This document shows, piece after piece, positions 1-10,700 of a DNA stretch of 64,000 nucleotides. The stretch spans positions 5,643 through 69,642 of the forward strand of contig MVZN01000008.1 of the NCBI GenBank assembly GCA_002069125.1, given 5' to 3'. The notes below the pieces were generated by a model. That model searched no databases and was not told where the DNA came from. It worked only from the letters and a program-made list of their open reading frames with translations. This stretch comes from Spirochaetes bacterium ADurb.BinA120. GTDB lineage: Bacteria; Spirochaetota; UBA4802; UBA5368. The position numbers were made by a program, and so were the translations under genes. The first letter of the stretch is position 1. Each line of letters starts with the position of its first letter.

Positions 1-3000
1 GTTTCGCTCTCCGATTCGGACTCCCACAGGAGCCCCCATAGGCTTCCCGTCGAGCTGTAGCCGCGCTCGGGCCTTTCCAGATGATAATACGGGATGCCGA
101 GAAGCAGCATGCGCCGCTCGTAGCGCTCGGCCGGTTTAAGATTGCGGTACCACAGCGCCCCCAGGCCCCAGAGCTGGAAGGTGTCGCCGTCGCTCTCCGC
201 GCTCATGTAGCTAAGGAGCGGAGGGATACAGAGCACCCATTCGTCCGAATCGCTCCCATAGTACCAGAACGGAATGAAGCTGTGGCGGAAGTAATCGCCC
301 TCTCGCTTAAGGTTGTAGATGAACCAGAGTAGGCTGAAGTCGTAGCCGTCTCCGGTGCGCGACCACTCGTGGCTTGCAAGGAGGCCCCAGGCCAGGCGGT
401 AGGCCCGGACCTCCGGCGAGACCTCGTAGCTTAACAGGTTGAACGCCAGGCCGTAGCGCTTGTGCCCGGCATCGGCCCACTCCCGACGATCGAAGAGTCC
501 CAGGAGGTTCTGCCGGTTGTAGGCGGGCGAGGAGTGCAGGTATAGCCCCGCTATAAAACGGCTGGATGAGCTTTCCGATTGAGATGAAAAATAGAGGGGC
601 AGAATGAAGCGAGTAGACGCCCGCTCTGAGAGCCAAGAATAATAGAGTGGGAAGAGATGCAGAGACCGCTCGCCCGTGCCGGCGTCGGCGCTTCTCCACA
701 GAAGCAGCTTGAGCGAGCGTTCCTCCCGCGGCGTAGAGGCCGAATAGAAGAGCGGGAATACGTACCGGTAGCTTTTATCCGGCGACGTTCGGGCAAAATA
801 GAAGGGCATAACCCATAGACGGGAGTCCGCGCCGTCGGCGCTCCTCGCGCTATCGACGAGCCATAGCGCGTTGGCGTGCGTATCGCCGTTGTCGGTCGAG
901 CGGTAGAAGAGCGGAACGATCGGAAAGAAGTAGAAACCCGCCTTGCGGCCGTCCACGGTCTCACTTTTTGCGCAGTGCAGAGGGCTGATCGAAAACGAGC
1001 GCGAGTATTTCGTCGCGTCCTCCGCCGCGGCCGAAGCTTTGAAATACAGCGGGCTCGTGGTGCGCTTTATGAGCAGGCCGCTTTCCCTATGCTCCCGGCG
1101 CCAGATAAGCGGGAATATCCTCCAGCCGCTCTTTGCAGGCGAAGAGTACCAGTTGAAGATGGGCCAGAGCACCGTCCTCTCGCGCAGCTCGTTCGTCGCG
1201 TCGTACTCGTCCCAGTACAGGTTTAGCGCATAGCCGCGTTTGAACGAACGACCTTCGCGCTGCATGCCGTACAACGGGAAAAACACAAGGTACTCCGCCT
1301 CGCCCGATTTGTATGAAATGTAATTGAGTATCCATTGTATGCGGTCGTCCGATTCCCTGTCCCAGGTCAGCCAGGAGAGCGGCAGCAGGCGGAAATGGCG
1401 CCTGGAGTCCGCCATCTCGAAGGCCATAAGGCCGAAAAGCAGCCGGAAGCCCCAGAAATACTCGGAATTCTCGCGCGTAAAGGTCTTCTTTTCGCGTATC
1501 TGTACGCCTCCGTCGGGCGTCCCGGCCGCGGATGTATCGATTGGTGTCTCCACTTTCGGCACGCCCGGCCCGTCCTGGCGAGGCGGGCGCGCCAGCGTGA
1601 CTCGAGTCGAGACGCTCACGACATCGTAGAGCCACGAGAGCTCGCTGTCCACATGCCAGCCGCGCTCTCCCCTGCCAAGCCCCAGGCCCACGCCAGGGGC
1701 CGGGCCGGCGGCGACGCTTTTGGACATGCCGAGGATGTTTATGTGCATTTCCCTGTTCGGGCTCTCATAGTCGAAATACAGAGGGAGAAAGAGCGTGATG
1801 TCCCTCTCCGGGGTTTTGCCGTGGAAATAGAGCGGCGCCCAGTACGTGGCCTCCTCGCCCTTTACCGGCGCGCTCCTGCCGTAGTAGATGAGCATCCAGC
1901 GCACCGATTCGTCGGCCGTGCGCTTATTGTAATGAAACAGGCCGTACGAGATGCCCTCGTCGTTTCTCGAACCGGCCGGCCGCATATAGAACGGGAAGGA
2001 GTAGCGATAACCCGATTCGCCCGTTTCGTGGAAGATGATGGGAATCAGCCAGAAGCGTTTAAGGCCGCCCTCGGGCGCGGTGCGCCAGTCGAATACCCAT
2101 AAAAGGTTGCGGTGCGTGCCGTCGATCGCATTCGAGCCCTGGAAGTAGAGCGGGATGACGGGAAACCAGAAGCTCGATTCCAGGCTTTTCCCGGACCACC
2201 GGTCTTCACCGTAGCGGGCGGTAGTGCGGCCGAAGAGCGGTGTGAGTAGGCCGGATGTGTAGATGGCACGAGACTCCTTTTCGCCGGGAACACGGCCGTA
2301 GTCCGTTCCCTTCCACCGGCTAAACAGGGGCAGAAGGTGGGTATAGTACGCACCGTCGGAGTGGCGGTTGTTCAGGAGCAGTGGCGGGAGCAGGTGCGTG
2401 TAGCCGTCGGAGCCAGGCCGGTGAAAGAGAAGCGGCGCGAGCCACAGCCGTGCAAGCCGGTCGCTCCCGTCCTCAGACCTCCAGGAGTAGTCTATAAGCC
2501 ACAGAATATTCCTGTGGCCGTATTTTTGCGTCGTGTGATGATAGGTGAGAGGGATGAGTGGAACCCACCAGGTTCTTTTTTTCAGAGAGCTGTCCCGGTT
2601 ATGCGACGACCAGTAGGCGTGAAGCGGCGAGAGGTTCCAGCGTTCCTCGGCGCCCGGTGCGTAATCGCCGCGGTGGACGGTGTGCTGCGTCCCAAATATC
2701 GGCGAGTAGAAGTACGAATGATCGGCATGGGCCTCCCTGTCGCGGCCCCACCAGAAGAGGTACAGGACAGCCCTGTCGGCGTCGTCGCCGCTGATATTCG
2801 AATAGTACAGCGGGTTTACCATCATGCTCGAATTCCCGTCGCGCTCGCCGTAGTGAAGGAGCAGGGGGATGAAATATCCGCGACGGTCGTCGATCTTGCT
2901 CGTCAGCCGGCACCAGAACGGGAGCAGGCGGAGGGATGTGTACCGGGGATAATCCGTATACTTGAACAGCCACAGGGCCATGAAGGAGTAGTGCCCTTCC

Positions 3001-3188
3001 CAGTCTTCCTTTTCGACGAGAAAGGCGTTGATGCTGTATTTACTCTCCTTCTCGCTTCCGAATACCTTCCGCTCGCCTTCGTCGAGGTCGGACCAGTCGC
3101 ACGCCGCGGCGCTTCCGGCAAGGGCGAGCGTCAAAAGGCATATAACCGCCACTGTACGGCTCGCGCGAATCGCCGCGGTTGCCATCAT
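1..3188 (-). CDS. Large repeat-rich lipoprotein, partial (more than 1060 codons in window; C-terminus beyond position 1)
   Basis: Hand translation of the minus strand from ATGATG at 3188 (MMATAAIRASRTVAVICLLTLALAGSAAAACDW, signal peptide plus lipobox Cys) stays open to the window edge. The protein is built of recurring W/Y-x-x-P-L-F/Y-Y units such as FPLYY, LPLYF, VPLFY and IPLYF. It is absent from the ORF track because its stop lies outside the window. An SD-like GGAGGA sits about 5 nt upstream of the start. Confidence 0.6.
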   Translation of the reverse strand, partial: MMATAAIRASRTVAVICLLTLALAGSAAACDWSDLDEGERKVFGSEKESKYSINAFLVEKEDWEGHYSFMALWLFKYTDYPRYTSLRLLPFWCRLTSKIDDRRGYFIPLLLHYGERDGNSSMMVNPLYYSNISGDDADRAVLYLFWWGRDREAHADHSYFYSPIFGTQHTVHRGDYAPGAEERWNLSPLHAYWSSHNRDSSLKKRTWWVPLIPLTYHHTTQKYGHRNILWLIDYSWRSEDGSDRLARLWLAPLLFHRPGSDGYTHLLPPLLLNNRHSDGAYYTHLLPLFSRWKGTDYGRVPGEKESRAIYTSGLLTPLFGRTTARYGEDRWSGKSLESSFWFPVIPLYFQGSNAIDGTHRNLLWVFDWRTAPEGGLKRFWLIPIIFHETGESGYRYSFPFYMRPAGSRNDEGISYGLFHYNKRTADESVRWMLIYYGRSAPVKGEEATYWAPLYFHGKTPERDITLFLPLYFDYESPNREMHINILGMSKSVAAGPAPGVGLGLGRGERGWHVDSELSWLYDVVSVSTRVTLARPPRQDGPGVPKVETPIDTSAAGTPDGGVQIREKKTFTRENSEYFWGFRLLFGLMAFEMADSRRHFRLLPLSWLTWDRESDDRIQWILNYISYKSGEAEYLVFFPLYGMQREGRSFKRGYALNLYWDEYDATNELRERTVLWPIFNWYSSPAKSGWRIFPLIWRREHRESGLLIKRTTSPLYFKASAAAEDATKYSRSFSISPLHCAKSETVDGRKAGFYFFPIVPLFYRSTDNGDTHANALWLVDSARSADGADSRLWVMPFYFARTSPDKSYRYVFPLFYSASTPREERSLKLLLWRSADAGTGERSLHLFPLYYSWLSERASTRFILPLYFSSQSESSSSRFIAGLYLHSSPAYNRQNLLGLFDRREWADAGHKRYGLAFNLLSYEVSPEVRAYRLAWGLLASHEWSRTGDGYDFSLLWFIYNLKREGDYFRHSFIPFWYYGSDSDEWVLCIPPLLSYMSAESDGDTFQLWGLGALWYRNLKPAERYERRMLLLGIPYYHLERPERGYSSTGSLWGLLWESESESE

Positions 3189-3261
3189 ACCGTCCTCCGG
3201 CCGGGTGATTGAGCTTCAGAGGGAGGGGCGCCGCGGGAATATATCAAGTAAAAATCGCGGG

Positions 3262-4152
3262 CTACTCTGCGAGCCGGCGCACGATCTCGTCGAAGAGGGC
3301 GAAGATGTCCACGGCCTCGGGGACCGAGCCTACGTCGTGGGGAAGCACAACGAGCTTTATCCCGGTCCGCGCGGCGAGATGGTTCGCCGCCGTGGCCGTG
3401 TTGAATACGTCGCGGATTATAAGCGCGGTCCGGTCGGCGGGCGTCTCGGAAAGGATGATGTTCGCCTGTTGCAAAGTGGGCGAAACCCCGGGGGCCGGCT
3501 CGAGCGAGCCCGCGCAGACGATGTCATACCGCCTGAGAAAATAATCGAACAGGGCGTGCCGCTGAATTACGGTGGAGCCCTTTCTGTCGGAAAGCCGCGA
3601 GTCCCATTGCTTCATCCTGCGCTTCCACTCGCCCACGAATGAACGGGCGTTCGCCCGGTAAAGACCGGCGTTCGATTCATCGAGCCTTTGGAGCCTCGCC
3701 GCTATGGCATCCGCGTAAACGGGGATGTTCGCCGGGTCGAGATGGTGATGGGGATTTACCCCGTTATGGGTGAACTGTGGAGTGCGCCTTAGCGTGGTTT
3801 GTCCCTCCGCGATCAGATCCACGAGCTCGGAGAGGTCGAGATGACCGTCCTTTCCGGGTTGGATGGCGGCGTTCTTCGAGCCCTTCAGCATCCCCTCGAG
3901 CCATTCATCCTCGAGACCGGCGCCGTTGACGATCAGGAGATCGGCCTTTCCAATGGCCCGCGCCGCCGCGCCGTTCGCGTTGACGTAATGGGGATGGCTC
4001 GTCCCCGAGGCGAGGGAGTGCACCTCCACCCCGTCGCCGCCCACGATGCGCGTGATGTCGGCGATGTATGGAAAGGCGGTAACGACCAGAACGCGGGCAT
4101 GGATAAGCACGGGCATGAAAAATATGAATGCAATCGTCAGTATGAACCTCAT
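3262..4152 (-). CDS. Metal (Zn/Mn) ABC transporter substrate-binding protein, ZnuA/TroA family
   Basis: Signal peptide MRFILTIAFIFFMPVLIHA and family-typical motifs (His-rich HPHYVNANG; PHHHLDP). The in-window start was chosen at the internal Met that begins the signal peptide. Confidence 0.65.
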   Translation of the reverse strand: MRFILTIAFIFFMPVLIHARVLVVTAFPYIADITRIVGGDGVEVHSLASGTSHPHYVNANGAAARAIGKADLLIVNGAGLEDEWLEGMLKGSKNAAIQPGKDGHLDLSELVDLIAEGQTTLRRTPQFTHNGVNPHHHLDPANIPVYADAIAARLQRLDESNAGLYRANARSFVGEWKRRMKQWDSRLSDRKGSTVIQRHALFDYFLRRYDIVCAGSLEPAPGVSPTLQQANIILSETPADRTALIIRDVFNTATAANHLAARTGIKLVVLPHDVGSVPEAVDIFALFDEIVRRLAE

Positions 4153-4424
4153 CGGCGCCTCTCCGGTCGAGTGTGATTGTCTGCGCGGCGTCGCGAGCCT
4201 CGTCGTCGCCTTGCGCGGGTCGATGTAGTCAGCGTGATCCCCCTCCGTGCGGCGCACGGACGGCAATGCAAATCTTAGGAATATACAACAATTCAGAAGC
4301 GGCGGCAACTGTACAGCCGTTTTTTTTTACATTACGCACTCGTTTTTTTCGTGGGGCGGCTCGGCCTTCGCGGCCACGGATCGGATATACTTCGTTTAAG
4401 CGGTCCGAAACGCCTAAGGGCGCA

Positions 4425-5228
4425 TCAGAAATATCTGCGATAGAAACGCTCGATGCCCTGCCAGATCCTTCGTCTGAGGTCGAGCATGCGCACGTTGTTT
4501 ACGGAGAGATCGTCGTGGCGGAAGTAGCGGTCGTTGATGAAAAGGGCGCGCGATACGGAAAGCCTAAGGAGCGGGATTTTCCCGCGCCCGTGCCGGAGCA
4601 TGATGTGTCCGTCGAACCGCGGGCTGTTGAGCGCAAAGGGTTCGCCAACTGTCCATTCCTCGCTTCCGAGCGATTTCCTCATGGATTCCAGCAGGCCGCG
4701 CGCCGTCTCGTCGGGGCACGTGCGCACCGGCTCGCCGCGGTCCATGACGGTATTGCTTACGGTAACGATGGGGCGCGGCCTTCCCGGATCCGCCGCGTGT
4801 TTGGGGCCCACCGCCATCATCGTGTGGCAATCGAGTACAAGGCGCACCCTGCCGCTCTCGAGTATCTTTTCGACGGTTTGATGGAATCCGTGGTAATAGC
4901 GCATAAGGAGATTGTTTATCGCGATCTCGTCGGGGAACACGCCGGGGGGGTAGATGGGAACGCCCGAGCTCGTTCGCTTTTTTACAACCCCGTCGTCGGT
5001 GCGGGGAGCGAGCGAAAGGTGGTGGCGGTCCAGGTCCACAAACAGGCGGTTTATCTGCGAGTCTATGCGCGCGGCGACGCTATCGCCGAAGTCGAAAAGC
5101 ACGTCGGCGCAGGCGTCGGACTCGAAAAACAGTTCGAAGTCACCCAGAATCTCGTACCCGGCGAGTTCGTCCGGCACGCTCCGTCCGGCGTGCGGCACGA
5201 GGATGAGGATGGGAAGGCCGCTCTTCAT
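4425..5228 (-). CDS. N-formylglutamate amidohydrolase family protein
   Basis: Size of 267 aa and overall pattern (LILVPHAGR...LDCHTM) resemble the FGase family. The long plus-strand ORF opposite it (4173..5342) is Arg-rich antisense. Confidence 0.5.
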   Translation of the reverse strand: MKSGLPILILVPHAGRSVPDELAGYEILGDFELFFESDACADVLFDFGDSVAARIDSQINRLFVDLDRHHLSLAPRTDDGVVKKRTSSGVPIYPPGVFPDEIAINNLLMRYYHGFHQTVEKILESGRVRLVLDCHTMMAVGPKHAADPGRPRPIVTVSNTVMDRGEPVRTCPDETARGLLESMRKSLGSEEWTVGEPFALNSPRFDGHIMLRHGRGKIPLLRLSVSRALFINDRYFRHDDLSVNNVRMLDLRRRIWQGIERFYRRYF

Positions 5229-5531
5229 GGCGCCCGGAGACCGCCCTCCGGGCGCACGCGCGCGCGTCCGGGCCGCGAACGGAAGGGGCCTTCCGCGGCG
5301 GGGAATGATATTTCGTGTTTTTCGTTCATTTTATTAACTTGAGCCGCACGGTAAATTAATTCGGGTATGGCAAAATACTATTGACGGAGCGGGCGGTAAA
5401 GCGTTAATTCGATTGAAGTACGCTCTCCGGACAGGCTGCGGATTTGACCGGCGCGAACGGCGTCCCACACCGGGCGATAGGAGAGCTGAGAGGGCGCCGG
5501 TATCCGGCGTGACGGGGACCAGGAGATCGCG

Positions 5532-6038
5532 ATGCGCGCATACAAGACCGACGAAATTGGGGAGGCAATCCTCGAGATACTTAGCGCCAACGCCAAGGCG
5601 ACAGCGGAGGACATCGCGCGCCAGCTCGACGTGGCCGAGAGCAGGGTGTCGAAATACATAAAGCAGTTCGAGAAGGACAGGATAATCCTGAGATACAAAA
5701 CCCATGTCAACTGGATGAGGGTCCGCAACAACCAGGTGCGCGCGCTCATCGAGGTGAAGGTCATCCCGGAGCGCGGCGTGGGTTTCGACGCGGTCGCGGA
5801 ATCCATCTACCGCTATCCGGAGGTGTCGTCGGTTTTCCTTCTGTCCGGAAGCTACGATCTTCTTGTGCAGGTCGAGGGACCGACCCTTCAAGAGGTTTCG
5901 CTCTTCGTATCGGAAAAGCTCGCCACAATCAAGAACGTGCAGTCCACGGTCACGCATTTCCTCCTTAAAAAATACAAGGAGGACGGTGATGTGCTCGTCG
6001 ATCAGCCGGAATCCAAGCGCCTGCCCATGAGTTTTTAG
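5532..6038 (+). CDS. Lrp/AsnC family transcriptional regulator
   Basis: N-terminal HTH (ILEILSANAKATAEDIARQLDVAESRVSKYIKQFE) followed by an AsnC-type ligand-binding domain; 168 aa. Confidence 0.75.
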   Translation: MRAYKTDEIGEAILEILSANAKATAEDIARQLDVAESRVSKYIKQFEKDRIILRYKTHVNWMRVRNNQVRALIEVKVIPERGVGFDAVAESIYRYPEVSSVFLLSGSYDLLVQVEGPTLQEVSLFVSEKLATIKNVQSTVTHFLLKKYKEDGDVLVDQPESKRLPMSF

Positions 6039-6041
6039 GCC

Positions 6042-6710
6042 GTGGCGTCCATAGCGGCGATCTACCGCGCGCTTTACGCATGCCATGGCCCCCAGCGCTG
6101 GTGGCCCGGCGAAACCGATTTCGAGATCGCTATAGGCGCGATCCTCACCCAGAACGTCTCGTGGGCCAATGTCGAGAAGGCCATCCGAAGGCTGAAGGAG
6201 GAAGGGCTTCTCAACCCGAAAGCCCTGCACCGGGAGCCGGCCGAAAGCCTGGCCCAGCTCATACGACCCACGGGCTACTACAACCAGAAGGCCAAAAAGC
6301 TAAGAAATTTTCTGGACTGGTTTTCCGCATACGGCTATTCGTTCGCCCGGCTGGGCGGGATCGATACCGGTCGCCTTAGAAAGGAGCTTCTTGGGATAAA
6401 TGGGGTGGGCCCGGAAACGGCCGACTCTATTCTTTTGTATGCGCTAAAGCGGCGGGTTTTTGTGGTGGATGCCTACACCATGCGGATCTTCGGCCGGATT
6501 GGCGTGCTTGGGGGCGGCGAGGGCTACGCGGAGACGCAGAGTCTTTTTCATCGGCGGTTCGCCGGTGATGTCGCCGAGTACAACGAGTACCACGCCCTCA
6601 TCGTAAATCACGGCAAGTCCGTTTGTAAAAAGAAGCCCCTGTGCGCGGAATGCTGCCTGGCGCGGTATTGCGCCTTTACGGCTTCCCGCCGGGTTTTTTT
6701 ATCCGGATAA
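6042..6710 (+). CDS. HhH-GPD superfamily DNA glycosylase, endonuclease III-like
   Basis: Helix-hairpin-helix-GPD signature (LLGINGVGPETADSILLYAL...VVDAYTMRIF) and a C-terminal Cys cluster (CKKKPLCAECCLARYC). Confidence 0.7.
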   Translation: MASIAAIYRALYACHGPQRWWPGETDFEIAIGAILTQNVSWANVEKAIRRLKEEGLLNPKALHREPAESLAQLIRPTGYYNQKAKKLRNFLDWFSAYGYSFARLGGIDTGRLRKELLGINGVGPETADSILLYALKRRVFVVDAYTMRIFGRIGVLGGGEGYAETQSLFHRRFAGDVAEYNEYHALIVNHGKSVCKKKPLCAECCLARYCAFTASRRVFLSG

Positions 6711-7425
6711 GAGAGCATATCCGGCCCGTGTCGCTCGAGGCGGTCTCCTTGTTGTACAGGTCGAGCGACCATTCCCCATCGATAATATAACAATAACGAA
6801 AATCGCCCCGGTTAAGCTTTTTTCGCAGCCTCCATATGCCGTCGCGGCCGCGCGTCAGCGGATCGTTCTCGGGGTTCCAGTTGTTGAAATCGCCCACCAG
6901 CGAGATCATACGCGCCTCCGGGCGGCGCAGCCGGAATTCAACCGTGTAGTCGTCTATCGCCCGGTAGGTGAGATGGAGACCCTCCGAGGCGTCCAGGCCG
7001 GGCAGTATTGAAACATATGATCCCATGCCATCGTCGTCGCGGATCGGATTGGCCGTATCATGGGTCCACACGCCATCCACGATGAGTTTATAGCGCGGAC
7101 GTTCCTCCCCGGGCTCACGGACGAGAAAGTGATACCATACGCCGTTCTCACCCCGTTCCATTGGCAGGGGCTTCCAGTGCGAGAAGTCCCCGGCCAGAAG
7201 GACGCGTCGCGCCGAGCGGCTTTTATACGTAATCAGGGTACCCCTTTCCACCACCTGTTTCTGTCGTCCCGTGTCGTACCGGATCAGTTTCATTTCCACC
7301 GGTGTTTGCGCGTTCCGAAGAAAGCGAAGCTGGTAGTGGCTTTTCTCCCCTGGTGGTCCGCCCTCCATGGGGGCTGAGGCGACGAGCAGTACCGGCAGAA
7401 GCGCGAAGATGGTGCGGAATCCCAT
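6676..7425 (-). CDS. Secreted protein with two CBM48/AMPK-beta-like glycogen-binding (E-set) domains
   Basis: Signal peptide MGFRTIFALLPVLLVASAP. It has two repeats of the LAGDFSHWKP / LVGDFNNWNP type typical of CBM48 and isoamylase N-domains. Its 3' end overlaps the glycosylase gene convergently by 35 nt. Confidence 0.55.
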   Translation of the reverse strand: MGFRTIFALLPVLLVASAPMEGGPPGEKSHYQLRFLRNAQTPVEMKLIRYDTGRQKQVVERGTLITYKSRSARRVLLAGDFSHWKPLPMERGENGVWYHFLVREPGEERPRYKLIVDGVWTHDTANPIRDDDGMGSYVSILPGLDASEGLHLTYRAIDDYTVEFRLRRPEARMISLVGDFNNWNPENDPLTRGRDGIWRLRKKLNRGDFRYCYIIDGEWSLDLYNKETASSDTGRICSLIRIKKPGGKP

Positions 7426-7702
7426 GTGCGAGGACCTCTGTGCCAAAATGAGTTACAGCGATATAGTACTTATGTCGATAACTAAAGAGAAAATATTTAT
7501 GTAAAAAAGGATCGTTTCCGGAATTCCGCGCCCGGCCTCGAGCGAAGATGGCGCTTTTCTTCCGCATGACGCGCGGTGGCACGAAAAGTAATTGCTTTTT
7601 ATAAAACGATGGATTCTTCTGAATTATGTCGCTTTTTGGCCCGTCGCGACGCACGAAGCTTAGGGTCGAAGCGAACAATCCGCCTCGGGACTGTAAACGG
7701 TG

Positions 7703-10700
7703 ATGGGCGATAGCGAAGAAAGAACAGCGTACACCCCGGAAGAGCAGAACGAGATCGACAGGATACTGGGACTTCTGCCCGGCGAGCAGACGGAAAAGGG
7801 CCCTGCCGAAGCCGCTCAGGGGCCTCCATCGGGGGAGCCCGGGGGTTTCGAAGACGAGCTCGATCTGAGCTCCGACCTCGTCGAACTGGATGAAACGCCC
7901 CCGCCCGCCTCGGATGAGATAGAGGACATTACCGATATCATCGAAATGGTGGAGGAGCCGCCCGCAGACGAGGTCGCCGATCTCGAGGAGATCGGCTTTG
8001 ACGAAGCGGCGGTCGAGGTCCCGACGGAGATAGAGGCGCCGCCCGGAGAAGAGCCTGCGGCCTTGGAGGAGGCCCCATCTCCGCCGAAGAAAGTTGGAAA
8101 GGCCCGCACCTCGATAGAGGAGCTTGACGAGCTCACCTCGATGGAGCCCGAATCGGTCGATTTACAGGATGTTTCCGACGACCGCTACGTCGAAGAGGCT
8201 GAGGCCCAGAGGGGGCCGATCGCTGAAGAAGCCGCCGGTCCGGAGGAATCCATCGACTCCTTCGACATGGACCTGGGGCCGATCGAGGAGCCCTTTCAGG
8301 CGCCACCCGAAGTGCATATCGAGAAAGAGCCCGAGTTCGACATTGGCGCCCTTTCCGATATCTCCGTCGAGGAGATGCAGGACATGCCCGAGGCCGGCGC
8401 GGCCGATATACCCGAGATAGACCTGGGCGACATGGTCCCGGAAAGCGACCTGCCGTCAAGCCCGCCTCCCGCCGCTGACTTCATGGGGGATTTTCAGGAC
8501 GAGGGGATCCCCGAGCCACTCAGTATGGAGGAAACGCCGCCTCAGGCCCGAAGGGCCGCGCCATCGCCCGATCTCGATATCGGGATGGAGCAGGAGGAGA
8601 TTATTCCCGGCATCGGCCGCATCGAGGAGGCGGTAAGCACCGAGGAGATTCCGGATGTCGAGGAGGAGCCGCCGCCGGAGGTCGAAAAACCCAGGAAGGG
8701 GCGCGCCAGGGCCCGCGAGGAGGAAGAAGACGATCTTTCCGAGCGCGACATCAAGCGCCTCAAAAAGGCGCTATTGCTGTTCCATCCCGCGCTACGAAAG
8801 GCAGTCAAGGAAGCCATCTTAAACGACATCCTGCCGCCCCGGGACTCCCGGCAGCTCATCGATATGATCCTCTCGGGAAAATCCGAGGAGAGCATAAACC
8901 GATTTCTGGAGGGAAAACTCGGCCGAAGCATCGATATAAGCGAAGGCCCGGCGCCGGGAAGGCGCGTGCTAACCTCGCGTCCCGAATACACCCGCGAGGG
9001 ACTGGAGCGCCAGAAGCGCCTGTTCAAGGCCACGCGCATTGGGGCGATAGCCGCGCTGGCCGCCTTTACAGTCACCATACTGAGCTATCAGTTCATCTAC
9101 AAGCCCGTGATGGCCAAACGGCTTATCAAGGAAGGTGTCGCTCTTATCCGCGAACAGGGCGATCCTGTAACCAAGAAAGTGAAGGATTACGAGAAGGCCG
9201 AGACGCTCTTCTCCAGGGTGGACAACGATTACGCCAAGGACTATCTTCCCGGATACAACGCCTACGGCCGGGCCTATTTGGACAGGCGTGAATTTGAGCT
9301 CGCTCTTGGAAAGCTCGAGCGGGCCAATAAAATCAATCCGGTCGATATCGAGACGCTCAACAACCTGGGCTATTTCTACTCCAGGGTGCCGGAGGGCGTA
9401 TATAACAGGATCAAGAAGGCCGACGAGAAGGAGTCGAGGCTAGACAAGGCGATCAAGTACTACAAATACGTCCTAAACCGCAAGCCCGGCAATGAGACGG
9501 CACTCTACGGTATAGGGAATGCGTACATGCACTTGGGGCAGTACGTCAAGGCCCGCCAGTATTATGAGGACATACTCAAACAGGACAGCAAGTCGGTCGT
9601 GGGCCATTCCGGGCTTCTAAACCTCTACATCGAACGCGACGTAATGCCGCGGGTGATGTCCATCCACTCCGACCTCGTGGACAAAAAAATGCTCACCGAT
9701 CTCCCGTCGCCCCTCCTCGGGAAGCTTGCGGCCTATTACATCGGGAAAAAACGCACGGACAGCGTAAATATCCGCGTGGATTACGGGGTCCAGTCCACGC
9801 GATTCAAGGACCCGGCGGACAATCCGTTTCCGGCCGCGAAGGCCGTTCTGGAGGCGCTCCACCAGAAGGACCCGCATTACGCGCAGCAGTACGTGCTTTA
9901 CGCGAGGCTTAACCGGGGGGAGGGGAACCTGAAGCTTATGGAAAACTATGCCGAAAAGGCCTGCAAAGAGATGCCCAATTACTTTGCGGCCCTGCACCTG
10001 CTCGGCGAGTACCATTATCTGGTCAAGGAACCTGCAAAGGCCTACGGGCTTTTCCGGGAGGCAGTGAAGGCCCACGGCTCGCCGCCCGACTTTACCCTCG
10101 AGGATTTCTATTACAAGACCGAGAACCTCGGAAACACCTATTTTCTAATGGGCAATATCTTCTATTACTTCTTCGACAAGGTCAGATACCGTTTCGGCGA
10201 CGAGCTCGAAGAGGAGCCGCTGGACGCCGAACTCGAACAGCAGGCCAATTATACCATCGCCCGCGAAAAGTACGAGGCGGCGCTAAAGGAGGGCTTCGAG
10301 TCGCCCGAGCTCTTCTATAATCTGGGCCGTATCGATTACATGAACGGCCGTTACGAGGCCGCGCTCAACCGCTGGCTCGCGCTCAATGAGGAGTCCGTGG
10401 ACAGCCCCGAGGTAATGCTCGCCATGGGCAACGCCTTTTATCACCTCGACAACCTTCAGGCCGGGCGCGGCGAGTACCTAAAACTCATTTCAATCTTCGA
10501 GCGGCAGGCGGAATCGATTAGCAAGGTATTCCCGGACCGGGCCGACCATGTGAAGATCTTCCAGACGCTTGCCACGGCCTACAACAATCTGGGCGCGATA
10601 TACGAGCTTAGAAAAGATGAAACCCGCAGCAACGTGAGCTACTGGAAGGCCATAGATTACGCGAAGCGCATCGACCGGGAGAACGAGTTCGCACGGGTAA

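Noticed and set aside
1335-3212. Long plus-strand ORFs (1335..2102, 2337..3212) in the left 3 kb
   Set aside because: They are Arg/Val-rich with no motifs and lie antisense to the continuous repeat-lipoprotein frame on the minus strand. Long antisense ORFs are expected at this GC content.
4318-4326. T9 tract after a weak hairpin (cggcaactgtacagccg) as a plus-strand terminator
   Set aside because: There is no plus-strand gene upstream. Both flanking genes are on the minus strand, where the tract reads as A9 preceding the hairpin.
4173-5342. 389-aa plus-strand ORF
   Set aside because: It lies antisense to the N-formylglutamate-amidohydrolase-like gene, has Arg/Ala-rich composition and spans the upstream intergenic region.
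6676-6710. 35-nt overlap between the convergent endonuclease-III-like and CBM48 genes as a possible mis-called stop
   Set aside because: Both reading frames are supported by motifs up to their stops. Convergent 3' overlaps occur naturally, so I kept both calls.
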